Assembly (NCBI GenBank): GCA_965223905.1
Contig: CBDCXV010000001.1
Coordinates: 704,001 to 768,000, forward strand
Length of the DNA stretch: 64,000 nt
Origin: Candidatus Latescibacterota bacterium
GTDB lineage: Bacteria; Latescibacterota; UBA2968; UBA8231
Reading direction: 5' to 3'
In this document: positions 36,138 through 44,944 of the stretch, one piece after another
How positions within the stretch are numbered: position 1 is the stretch's first letter
Layout of the letters: every line of letters starts with the position of its first letter
Notes under the pieces: generated by a model
The model's input: the letters and a program-made list of their open reading frames with translations, nothing else
Told to the model about the DNA's origin: nothing
The model's database searches: none
Program-made: the position numbers and the translations under genes

Positions 36138-37106
36138 ATGACTCTCAGAGTAGCGGTAGCCGGGGCAACCGGCATCGGGAAGCACCACGCCAAGTGGTAC
36201 CATCGCTGGGGATGCGACGTCGTGGGGTTTCTCGGCAGCTCGGAGGAAAGCTGTTCGCGAACGGAAGCCGCCCTGCGCGAGATCTTCCCCTTTGCCGGGC
36301 GCGGCTACACGAGTCTGGCGGCCCTGCTCGATTCCGAAGAGCCGGATCTCGTCGATGTCTGCACTCCGAACGCAATGCACTTCGAACATGTCTCCGCAGC
36401 CCTCGACGCCGGCTGCCACGTCCTCTGCGAGAAGCCGTTGGTTTGGGACGACTCCCCGGAGACCCTGCTGTTGCGCGCCCGCGGGCTCCTGCAGCATGCC
36501 CGGGCGGCCAACCGGGTGTTCGCCGTCTGCACCCAGTACGCCTCCGCGCTGCCGCGCTACGAGGAGCTGTACCGGGCCGAGCGCGGGAAGCCGCCGGCCG
36601 CGTCGCGGTTTTTCGCCGAGATGGAGACCGTGGCCCGCGGCCGGGAACGGGACACCGGGGAGATCTGGATCGACATGGGGCCGCATCCGATCAGCATGCT
36701 TCTCGCGTGGCATCCCCACGGCGAGGTGGTTCCCGGCACCCTGCGGACTTTTTTCCGGGACCGCGAGGCCAGGGCGGAGTTCGAGTTCACCACGGCGTCC
36801 GGCACCTGCCTGGTCGACATCGCGGTTCGCGACCGCGTCGAGGGCCCTCCGGTTCGCCGTTTCGGGGTTGACGGGTATATCCTGGGGTGCACGGGTCGGG
36901 CGGACGAAGCCGGTGTCTACCGCTCCGTGCTGTCGAGCGGCCTTCGCGAGACCGTCGGAGAGGATTTCATGTCCCTGCTTATCGGGAACGTGTGCGATGT
37001 AGTCCGCGGCTCGGCCGCTCGGCTGATCGTTTCCGGCGAGCTGGGACTGCGCAACCTCGAGCTGCAACTGCAGGTGCTGCAGTCGGCCGGCTGCGCCGCC
37101 GGCTGA
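36138..37106 (+). CDS. Gfo/Idh/MocA-family oxidoreductase
   Basis: ATG 36138 after GGAGG; VAVAGATGIGKHH, DLVDVCTPNAMH, HVLCEKPL, DMGPH. Confidence 0.88.
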   Translation: MTLRVAVAGATGIGKHHAKWYHRWGCDVVGFLGSSEESCSRTEAALREIFPFAGRGYTSLAALLDSEEPDLVDVCTPNAMHFEHVSAALDAGCHVLCEKPLVWDDSPETLLLRARGLLQHARAANRVFAVCTQYASALPRYEELYRAERGKPPAASRFFAEMETVARGRERDTGEIWIDMGPHPISMLLAWHPHGEVVPGTLRTFFRDREARAEFEFTTASGTCLVDIAVRDRVEGPPVRRFGVDGYILGCTGRADEAGVYRSVLSSGLRETVGEDFMSLLIGNVCDVVRGSAARLIVSGELGLRNLELQLQVLQSAGCAAG

Positions 37107-37116
37107 TCGGGAGGAG

Positions 37117-38847
37117 ATGGACCGCAGCGTTGCGGGGTGGCTGACGGTCATCCTTGCCGTGGGCTTCTGCCTGCGTCTGCTGGGAATCGATTTCGGTCTG
37201 CCCAACCCCAACTGCCGGCCGGACGAAGGGGTGCTGGTCAAAAAGGCGCTGGCCGTTGCCGGCGGCGATCTCAATCCCCACTTCTTTCACTACCCCAGCT
37301 TTCACATCTACACCCTGGCGGCCCTGTTCGGCGCCTGCTTCGCGGGGGGCTGGCTCGCCGGCCTCTTTTCCACGCCGCAGGATTTCCTTCTGCAGTATTT
37401 CCTCGACCCCTCCAGCCTGTACCTGGCCGGCCGCGTGTTCGGGGCGCTCCTGGGCACGGCCTCCGTGTACCTCGTGTACCTTGTCGGCAGACAGGCTGGC
37501 GGCGTTCGGGCCGGGCTCACGAGCGCCGCCTTCCTGTCGGTCGCCTTTCTGCACGTGCGGGATTCGCATTACCTCACGGTCGATGTTCCGGCCACCTTCT
37601 ACATTCTCCTCGCCGCGGTCCTGCTGCTGCGGTTTCTGCAAACGGGGGGAGCAGGGTGGCTGGCGACTTCGGCCCTTTTTTCCGGGATCGCGGTTTCGAC
37701 GAAGTACAACGCCGCGATCATCATTGCGGCGTTCGCGGGCTTTCTCTGCGCCAGGGCGCTGGCCCACCGCAGGTCCGGTCAACAGCCCGGCGACCGTTCC
37801 GGCCCTCCGGTCTCGTTTCGGCACGTCGCCGTTTTCGCGGCCCTGACAGCCGCTGCCGCGGCGCTGGGCACTCCGTACGCCCTCCTCGATTTCAACAGCT
37901 TTGCAGCCGACGTCATGGCGGAGAGGCAGCACTTCGCCTCCGGTCACGGGCTCGACCTCGGCCGCGGCTGGACCTACCACGCGGCGACCACGCTGCCGGC
38001 TGCTCTCGGGTGGCCCCTGTACGTCGCGGCTCTCGCAGGCTGTGTCGCGCTCTTTCGGGCCGGAGGGGCGCCCGCCATGCTCGTAGTGGCGGCCGTCTTC
38101 TACTACGCCGTGGCCGGCGCCGGAAAGACCGTGTTCTTCCGTTACATGCTGCCGCTGGTGCCGTTCCTGTGCGTGGCCGCCGCCTGTGGCATGGAACGGC
38201 TTTTTGCCGCCGTGCGCATGCCCGCACTCTGGAGAACCGCAGTCCTCCTCCTCCTCGCGGCGCCGTCGCTGTACGCCTCGGTCTGGCTGGGTATCCTGCT
38301 GCAGCGGACGGACACCCGCCTGCTCGCTGCCGAATGGATCGAGACCCATGTGCCTGCCGGCAGCAGGATCGCCCTGGTGGGAAGCGACTTCGGCTACCCG
38401 CGCCTGCATCCCGGCAGGGAGTGGCTGCGGCAGCAGCACGAGGACCTCCGCGGCGCCGGGCTGGCGGCGAAGTCACTGGCTCTGCAACTGCAGTACGGGT
38501 CGAACCCTCCCAATCCGAGCTACCACCTGCTCTCCGTTCTTCCCGATGATCCGCTTTCGCTGAGAAACCGGCTGGTCGATGTCTCTCCCGCGCAGCTGCT
38601 CGATTCGGAGGTGAATTGGGTCGTGACGCAGCGCCACCCGCTGCCGATTTCCCAGGTCGATCCGGAATTCGCCGAGCAGTTGCGGCGGCACGGGGAGGCA
38701 GTAGCGCATTTCACCTCCATGCGGGACAGCTCCCGAACGGCATTCGAAAGGACGGACGCGTTTTTCGTTCCCTACGCGGGGTTCGACCAGGTCGACCGCC
38801 CCGGACCGGAGCTGACCATCTACAAGCTGGGCCCGGCGGCCGATTGA
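37117..38847 (+). CDS. GT-C membrane glycosyltransferase (GT39/ArnT-like)
   Basis: LRL.GI.FGLP...PDE first-loop motif, NPHFFHYP, SHYLTVD, STKY, RYMLPLVPFL, and many TM helices. Confidence 0.85.
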   Translation: MDRSVAGWLTVILAVGFCLRLLGIDFGLPNPNCRPDEGVLVKKALAVAGGDLNPHFFHYPSFHIYTLAALFGACFAGGWLAGLFSTPQDFLLQYFLDPSSLYLAGRVFGALLGTASVYLVYLVGRQAGGVRAGLTSAAFLSVAFLHVRDSHYLTVDVPATFYILLAAVLLLRFLQTGGAGWLATSALFSGIAVSTKYNAAIIIAAFAGFLCARALAHRRSGQQPGDRSGPPVSFRHVAVFAALTAAAAALGTPYALLDFNSFAADVMAERQHFASGHGLDLGRGWTYHAATTLPAALGWPLYVAALAGCVALFRAGGAPAMLVVAAVFYYAVAGAGKTVFFRYMLPLVPFLCVAAACGMERLFAAVRMPALWRTAVLLLLAAPSLYASVWLGILLQRTDTRLLAAEWIETHVPAGSRIALVGSDFGYPRLHPGREWLRQQHEDLRGAGLAAKSLALQLQYGSNPPNPSYHLLSVLPDDPLSLRNRLVDVSPAQLLDSEVNWVVTQRHPLPISQVDPEFAEQLRRHGEAVAHFTSMRDSSRTAFERTDAFFVPYAGFDQVDRPGPELTIYKLGPAAD

Positions 38848-38967
38848 ACGGCGCCGGGAAACGAGCCGGCGCTCTTGGTTTTTCGTGAACTCAATCCCCT
38901 TCTGCGCGATGGAGTACCACCTGCCGGCAGGTTGTTTCGGGGGAAGTCGGGGCGCAAATTCCCGGGT

Positions 38968-39807
38968 ATGAGCGATCGCTCTGAAACGAGCTGGATTCCC
39001 GCGATACCCGACGTCGATTCGGTGTTCGCACAGTACCCCGATCCGTTGCGCGCCCTGTCGGAAGCGGAGATTCCCGCCATCCTGCTGCCCCGGGTTTATC
39101 CCCGGGAGGAGTGCGACGGTCTGATCGGGCGATTCGTCGAGCGCAACCTGATGAAGGACCCGGACGATTTCCGGCCGGGGGACCGGACGCGCATCGACAT
39201 CGGCACCAGCCTCGGCACCAGGGGCAACGACCGCGAAGGGTTCCTCGCCAGCTCCGCGGCCACCCACGAGCTGTTCTCCACCCTGTTCGACGGCTTCGAT
39301 AACCCGGTACAGCTGATTTACGACTACCTGCAACGGCTCGGCCGCGGCAAGAAGGTGATGACTGCCCGGGAGCCGGACGGGAGGCGCTACGGGCCGGCGA
39401 TCTTCCGCATTCATTACGAATCGCACAGCTACAAACCCCACATCGATCACGTCACCCTGCGTGAAAAGCGGTTCGACTACGCCGTTACCCGCTTCGAGCA
39501 CCAGTTCGCCGGCGTGCTCTGCCTGCAGAATGCGACGCGCGCTGCGCAAACCACTCAGGCGCTGCTGCACCGCTGCCTATGGAGCGAGGAGGTGCAGCCG
39601 CACATCGAGCAGGGAACCTTCCCCGAGTACGCCGCCGCCCACCGGGTGCAGAACTACCGGGTCGATCTCGGTGCGGGAGACCTGTACTTCTTCAACACCC
39701 GCTGCATCCACGAGGTCCCGCACGTGGTCGGCAGCGACCCGCGCATCGTCCTCGCCGTGTTCATCGGCTACTCCCCGGACGATCCCGAGATCTTCGTCTG
39801 GTCCTAG
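38968..39807 (+). CDS. Putative Fe(II)/2-oxoglutarate-dependent oxygenase
   Basis: HxD (PHIDH), then GDLYFFN...IHEV...PRIVL (distal His and the 2OG-binding Arg). Confidence 0.65.
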   Translation: MSDRSETSWIPAIPDVDSVFAQYPDPLRALSEAEIPAILLPRVYPREECDGLIGRFVERNLMKDPDDFRPGDRTRIDIGTSLGTRGNDREGFLASSAATHELFSTLFDGFDNPVQLIYDYLQRLGRGKKVMTAREPDGRRYGPAIFRIHYESHSYKPHIDHVTLREKRFDYAVTRFEHQFAGVLCLQNATRAAQTTQALLHRCLWSEEVQPHIEQGTFPEYAAAHRVQNYRVDLGAGDLYFFNTRCIHEVPHVVGSDPRIVLAVFIGYSPDDPEIFVWS

Positions 39808-40058
39808 CCCAACGGGGCCAATCCCGGCGCCCCGGCGGCGGAAGTCCGGCATGCCATTTCTGGGACAGAACGCCCGTCGTTGTCTTCTAAGCCCCATAAA
39901 AAACAGCAGCTTGCGGTGCCCTTCCCGGCAACCCTCGGTAACGCCGCGACGGTTGCCGGGTGCGGAGAGGCTGCCTATCTTTGGTGACTCTCGAACGCTT
40001 GGCCGCGGGCAGATAGCCTTGGTGCGAGCGCTCCACACATGACGGAGAACAGGTTCCG

Positions 40059-40469
40059 ATGCCCAATTTCAGCGTCGAAATTCATAACGACGAGCATTTC
40101 GAGAAGGCACTGCGGCGCTTTACGGTCAAGACCAAGAAGTGCGGCCTGATGCGCGATCTGAAGCGCAAACGGTACTACACCAAACCGTCGGTGCAGAAGA
40201 AGATCGATCGCCAGAAGAGCATCAGGAGGCAGAAGAAGGCCGAAAGGTTGGCTGAGCTGGCAGCCGCCGGGATCGACCGCCGCAGCATGCGGGGCGGCCG
40301 GGGCGGCCGGGGAAGAGGCCGCGGCGGTTATGGCAGTGGCGGCGGCGGCGGCGGTTATGGCAGTGGCGGCGGCGGCGGCGGTTATGGCAGTGGCGGCGGC
40401 GGCGGCGGTTATGGCAGTGGCGGCGGCGGCGGCGGTTATGGCAGTGGCGGCGGCGGCGGCGGTCGTTAG
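40059..40469 (+). CDS. rpsU: 30S ribosomal protein bS21 with Gly-rich C-terminal extension
   Basis: E.FEKALRRF.....K.G...D.KRKRYYTKPS core, followed by RGGRGGRGRGR and (GGYGSGGGG)x5. Confidence 0.9.
   Translation: MPNFSVEIHNDEHFEKALRRFTVKTKKCGLMRDLKRKRYYTKPSVQKKIDRQKSIRRQKKAERLAELAAAGIDRRSMRGGRGGRGRGRGGYGSGGGGGGYGSGGGGGGYGSGGGGGGYGSGGGGGGYGSGGGGGGR
40323..40457 (+). repeat. Perfect 27-bp coding tandem repeat, 5 copies
   Basis: Unit GGCGGTTATGGCAGTGGCGGCGGCGGC encoding GGYGSGGGG. Confidence 0.95.
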
Positions 40470-41581
40470 GCCGGCTCACCGCTGATCAGGGACATCAACT
40501 CCACCCCGATAAACCGGTCCCGCCAGCCGCGCAGCAGCGCGTGCCGTTCTCCAGTCGCCTGCTCCCCGTCCCTGACCAGCGCCCTTACTTCCGAGCGCGT
40601 CGCCACCAGCGCATGATCGATCCCCTTGTCGGCGCTCCGCTGTTCCAGCAGCTCGATCGCCGCCTTGCTGCGCGCGGCGAAGGTTTTTTCGTAACGCGAC
40701 CGCGAATGCCCGCAGGGCAGTTCTTCCTCCGGAATCTCCAGTCCCACCTTCACTGCGTCGACAACGGCTGTTCCGTAGCGGCGCAGGCGTTTGTCCCTGA
40801 ACCGCAACAGTTCCTCGGTGCCGGCCGGCTTGCACTGCGCCAGCAGTAGCAGCATCCGGTCGGACATCACCCATCCTCGCGGCCGGTTGACGGCCCGCGC
40901 CTCGCACTCCCTCCAGGCAGTCAGCTCCCGCAGGATCGCCAGCTCTCGGCGCGTCAGCCGCCCCCGCCCCTTGATCCGCTCGAACTGACCGCGGGGCTCG
41001 CGTTCCTCGTAAAGGCTCTCGTCGTCGAGGGCCGCCATATCCTCGCCCATCCAGCTCTCGACGCCGCGCTCCCGCGCCCGGCGCAGGAGCTCCCGGTGCG
41101 CCGCGTGCAGAAAACGCACATCGTCGAGGGCGTAGCCGATCTGGGTTTCGCTCAGCGGTCGGCGCAGCCAGTCGGTCCGCGTCTCGGTCTTGTGCAGGTC
41201 GACCTCGACCAGCTCGACGAGCAGGTCGCGCAGTGAGATCGTCGAGGAGAGGCCGGCGAAACCCGCGGCGATGCGGGTGTCGAAGATGTTGCGCGGCGAC
41301 ACGCCGCCGGCGCGCCTGAGTATCGACAGGTCCTGGACGGCGTCGTGCAGGATTTTCGTGACCTTCGCCTCCTCCAGCAGCTGGCCGAGGACAGCGAGGT
41401 CGACGGCGGTGGCGTCGATCAGGTGAAGGTCGCTGTCCGAAAGGGCGAGTTGAACGATTCCGAGGTAGGGGTAGTAGGTGCGTTCCCAGACCAGCTCGGT
41501 GTCGAGCGCGACCAAGGGTTGCCTCCCGGCACGATCGACGAGTGCCGCCAGCTCCGCTTGCGAATCGATGAGCGCTGACAA
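40466..41581 (-). CDS. rnd: Ribonuclease D (3'-5' exonuclease plus HRDC)
   Basis: VALDTE, RTYYP.L.IVQL, KILH, IFDTRIAA, TDWLRRPLS..Q..YALDDV, and an HRDC region; TTG start. Confidence 0.92.
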   Translation of the reverse strand: MSALIDSQAELAALVDRAGRQPLVALDTELVWERTYYPYLGIVQLALSDSDLHLIDATAVDLAVLGQLLEEAKVTKILHDAVQDLSILRRAGGVSPRNIFDTRIAAGFAGLSSTISLRDLLVELVEVDLHKTETRTDWLRRPLSETQIGYALDDVRFLHAAHRELLRRARERGVESWMGEDMAALDDESLYEEREPRGQFERIKGRGRLTRRELAILRELTAWRECEARAVNRPRGWVMSDRMLLLLAQCKPAGTEELLRFRDKRLRRYGTAVVDAVKVGLEIPEEELPCGHSRSRYEKTFAARSKAAIELLEQRSADKGIDHALVATRSEVRALVRDGEQATGERHALLRGWRDRFIGVELMSLISGEPA

Positions 41582-41594
41582 CGCGAGGGGGCGG

Positions 41595-42437
41595 CTAGTT
41601 CGCTGTTTCCCGAAGCCGTCCCGCGTCGTCGAGCTCGGGACGGTTGAGGCGCCTGTGGTAGGGGGGCTCGAGAATCGCCCGCTGTTCCGGTGTCATTCCC
41701 TCCAGCATCTGCTCGGGCCAGGGCATGTACCCCGTCGCGTAGGCGAGGTTGGCGGGGGTGTAGCGGTACAAAAGGGAGCGGCGTTCGCGCTCGGAGCGCC
41801 AAGGCAGGGTGCCGTGGGTCACCGCCTCGGTGAAGATGACGGCGTCGCCGGCGCGGCAGGTGATCGGGCGCACGATCTCCCGCCGACGGTGCCACAGCTT
41901 GATCGGCCGCGGGCAGGCGAAGTTGGCCTTGTGACTGCCGGGGATGAGGCAGAGTCCGCCGTCCCCTTCCTCGACGTCCGACAGCTGCCAGGCAACGACC
42001 GTCAGACCGTTGTGCATCTGCCCGTCGCGGTAGACGTAGTACTGATTGGGGTCGAAGTGCGGGCCGGAGGAACCGTGCAGGCTGTGCCCCTCGGCTCCCT
42101 TGCGCATGGTGATGAGGCCGGGGCTGTGATCCATGCGGAACCCGGGACCGACGATCTGGTTGAGATAAGGCACGATGCGAGGGTGGGACAGCATGTGGCG
42201 AAACACGTTGCGCCAGGGTTCCTCCCAGCCCAGCATGCCGCCGAGATCGCCGCGGCCCGTCGTTCCCTGGAGGCTCGTCGATTCACCCGACAGCGACAGG
42301 TCCTCGAGGCGGATGTTGACGGCGTCCGCGTGGTGGTCGATCGCGGCGTTGGCGGCGGCTACTTCGGCAGCGGTCAGCACCTGCTCCACTACGAGGTAGC
42401 CGTTGAGGTCGAACAGGTACAGCTCTTCTTCGTTCAC
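41595..42437 (-). CDS. Phytanoyl-CoA dioxygenase (PhyH)-family protein
   Basis: YLFDLNGYLVVEQVL, GGLCLIPGSHK, AGDAVIFTEAVTHGTLPW, RRSLLYRY. Probable GTG start at 42437. Confidence 0.88.
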   Translation of the reverse strand: MNEEELYLFDLNGYLVVEQVLTAAEVAAANAAIDHHADAVNIRLEDLSLSGESTSLQGTTGRGDLGGMLGWEEPWRNVFRHMLSHPRIVPYLNQIVGPGFRMDHSPGLITMRKGAEGHSLHGSSGPHFDPNQYYVYRDGQMHNGLTVVAWQLSDVEEGDGGLCLIPGSHKANFACPRPIKLWHRRREIVRPITCRAGDAVIFTEAVTHGTLPWRSERERRSLLYRYTPANLAYATGYMPWPEQMLEGMTPEQRAILEPPYHRRLNRPELDDAGRLRETAN

Positions 42438-42541
42438 GGCGGCTCGGCTCCCGACCGACAAGATATCCCCCTGCCCTTCAGGCGGCCAGGGGAACCAGGC
42501 TGCCTTCCAGCCGTCGGATGAGGATTACGGAGGATGCTTCC

Positions 42542-43171
42542 ATGACATGGATCTTCGCTGTCGCAGCCGCCGCCGGCATGGGCGCCGCGGGCTACTGGAT
42601 CGGGAGACATCACCAGGAGGACGAAGCGGTTATCCCGCCCACGCCGGAGATCCGGGAAAGGCTGGAGAAGGAGATCCGGGAAGCGCTGGATAAAGCCTGG
42701 GAGAGTCGCGATGTCATTGTGCAGATGCTGCGGCTGGACTTTCCCGAGCTGCCGGACTTCCCGCTTTCCGAAGACCAGGTGACGGAGGTGCGCGGCAAGA
42801 TAAACGCCGCCGCGGAGATCGCGTCGCGAATGGAAACACCCCGGGGTCCTCGGAAAACGGGAATCCTGCCCATGGAAGACCTGACCGGCGGACGGGTTCA
42901 CCCGTTTCTGGAATGGCTCAACAGCCAGGGCTGCGTCGCCGGCGCCCGCGTCCCCATGGCCAGCGCCGAAGGCCGGACCGCGTACGGTATGCTCACCTCC
43001 AACCCGGGGAAGGTGCCGGTCAATTACAACCTGAGGGTCAGGGATGCCGCAGGCGAAATCAGGCTGCACCCCGGCATCGCCTACCTCGAGATCGATATTC
43101 CGCCGAAACTGCTGCCGGCGCAGGAATCGCCGGCGGAGGTGAGGAAGCTCCTAGTGGAGGATCCGGAATGA
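42542..43171 (+). CDS. Hypothetical membrane-anchored protein
   Basis: SD GGAGG before ATG 42542, N-terminal hydrophobic anchor, and typical codon usage. No recognisable motif. Confidence 0.65.
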   Translation: MTWIFAVAAAAGMGAAGYWIGRHHQEDEAVIPPTPEIRERLEKEIREALDKAWESRDVIVQMLRLDFPELPDFPLSEDQVTEVRGKINAAAEIASRMETPRGPRKTGILPMEDLTGGRVHPFLEWLNSQGCVAGARVPMASAEGRTAYGMLTSNPGKVPVNYNLRVRDAAGEIRLHPGIAYLEIDIPPKLLPAQESPAEVRKLLVEDPE

Positions 43172-43183
43172 CCCCGGGGCCGC

Positions 43184-43552
43184 TCAGCCTTCCAGGGAGC
43201 GGAAGGGCGCCTTGTTGACGAACTCCTCGACGGCCTTGCCCCCTACCAGGTGCTCGGTGATGATGCGCTCGAGTTTCTCCACGGTCATGCCGTAGTACCA
43301 CACCCCTTCCGGATAGACCACGACCGTGGGGCCGCGCTCGCAGACGCGCAGGCAGTCCGCCTTGGTGCGGTGGATTCCCCCCTTGCGCGGGTCGCCGAGG
43401 CCGAGCTCCCGCAGCCGCGTCTTGAGGTAGTCCCAGCACTTGGCGCCGGTGTCGTCGGAGTGGCACTTCGGCTTGGTCGGGGTCGCGCACAGGAAAATGT
43501 GGTGCTTGATCTCGACCGGCTCGACTTCGGTTAGTTGGGTAGGCTCGCTCAT
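43184..43552 (-). CDS. Thioredoxin-like [2Fe-2S] ferredoxin
   Basis: HIFLC......[34 protein letters not shown]. Confidence 0.9.
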   Translation of the reverse strand: MSEPTQLTEVEPVEIKHHIFLCATPTKPKCHSDDTGAKCWDYLKTRLRELGLGDPRKGGIHRTKADCLRVCERGPTVVVYPEGVWYYGMTVEKLERIITEHLVGGKAVEEFVNKAPFRSLEG

Positions 43553-43588
43553 TCGGTCCTTCCGTTTCCGTCAGTTATCAACGGGCTG

Positions 43589-44944
43589 TTATGGTTTCCA
43601 TTCTTCATGCAGGGGGCGGTGCGTGAACCTTCGCCCCTTGCCCTCGTAGTCGTCGACGATCTGCCCGTTTCCTTCGAGGATGTACTTGTAGGAGGTCAGT
43701 CCCTCCAGCCCTACCGGGCCGCGGCTGTGCAGCCGCCCGGTGCTGATCCCCACCTCGGCACCCAGGCCGTACCGGAAGCCGTCCGCGAAGCGGGTGGAGG
43801 CGTTGCGGCAGACGGAGGCGGAGTCGACGCTGCGCAGGAACTGGCTTGCCGCTTCGTCGTCCTCGGTGACGATGGCGTCGGTGTGGTGGCTGCCGTATTC
43901 GTTGATGTGATCGATCGCCTCGCGCGCCGAATCGACGACTTTCACCGACAGCACCAGGTCGAGGTACTCCGTCGACCAGTCCGCCTCGGTGGCCGGGGTG
44001 ACCGCTCCATCGCCCCCGGCGAGCTCCAGGGTGCGGGCGTCGCCGCGAATCGACACGCCTCTCCCGGTCAGCTCGGAGACCGTGCGCGCGAAGAAGCGCC
44101 CGGCAATGCCGGCGTGAACGAGAAGGGTCTCGACGGCGTTGCAGACGGCGACGTACTGGGTTTTCGCGTCGACCGTTATCCGCACCGCCTTGTCGAGATC
44201 CGCCTCCTTGTCGACGTAGACGTGGCAGATTCCGTCGGCGTGCCCCATGACCGGGATGTTGGTGTTGTTCATGATGTGCTGCACGAACTCGTTGCTGCCG
44301 CGAGGCACGATCAGGTCGATCGACTCCTCCTGGTCGAGCAGCACCGAGACGTCCTCACGGGTCTCCATCAGGGTGATCCAGCCCTCGGGAATGCCGGCGC
44401 GGCGGGTGGCGCGGGCGATGCACTGCGCCAGGGCGGCGTTGGTTTCGGCCGCTTCCCGCCCCCCCTTGAGAAGCACGGCGTTGCCCGACTTCAGGCAGAG
44501 CGAGGCGATCTGCACCAGCGCGTCCGGCCGCGACTCGAAGATCACCCCGAGGACGCCGATCGGCACGGTGACCCGGTACAGGCGCAGCCCCTCGTCCAGC
44601 TCGCGGGCGCTCTGAGTCGCCCCGAGCGGATCCTCCTGCGCGAGCACGCTGCGCACCATCTCCACGGTGGCGTCGAACTTGCCGCCGACCAGGTCGAGCC
44701 GCTTGAGCAGGGGTTCCTCCAGCTTCCCGCGGGCGACCAGCGCCGCCCCGTTCTCCAGGTCGGCGGCATTGGCGGCCAGGATCTGCTCTTTCTCGGCGAG
44801 CATCTGCCCGGCGATGGCGGCGATGGCGGCGTCCCGGGTGGAGGCCGCGGTCACGGCCAGGGCGCGTGCTGCAAGGCGCGCCGCGCGTGCGCGCCCGGCG
44901 ACGTCGCCGCCGAGCACGTCGACAGCTGCGGGTGCCGCGGTCAC
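43589..44944 (-). CDS. proA: Gamma-glutamyl phosphate reductase
   Basis: VPIGVLGVIFESRP, KSGNAVLLKGG.EA, PRGS, GICHVYVD, VCNAVETLLVH, NASTRFADG, GPVGLEGL. GTG 44944 with SD GGAGGAG. Confidence 0.96.
   Translation of the reverse strand: MTAAPAAVDVLGGDVAGRARAARLAARALAVTAASTRDAAIAAIAGQMLAEKEQILAANAADLENGAALVARGKLEEPLLKRLDLVGGKFDATVEMVRSVLAQEDPLGATQSARELDEGLRLYRVTVPIGVLGVIFESRPDALVQIASLCLKSGNAVLLKGGREAAETNAALAQCIARATRRAGIPEGWITLMETREDVSVLLDQEESIDLIVPRGSNEFVQHIMNNTNIPVMGHADGICHVYVDKEADLDKAVRITVDAKTQYVAVCNAVETLLVHAGIAGRFFARTVSELTGRGVSIRGDARTLELAGGDGAVTPATEADWSTEYLDLVLSVKVVDSAREAIDHINEYGSHHTDAIVTEDDEAASQFLRSVDSASVCRNASTRFADGFRYGLGAEVGISTGRLHSRGPVGLEGLTSYKYILEGNGQIVDDYEGKGRRFTHRPLHEEWKP

Noticed and set aside
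38968-39807. Possible WelO5-type halogenase
   Set aside because: It retains the HxD carboxylate (HID), consistent with an ordinary hydroxylase-type site.
40323-40457. 27-bp repeat as a possible CRISPR array
   Set aside because: The units are directly adjacent with no spacers, lie in frame within rpsU, and no cas genes are present.
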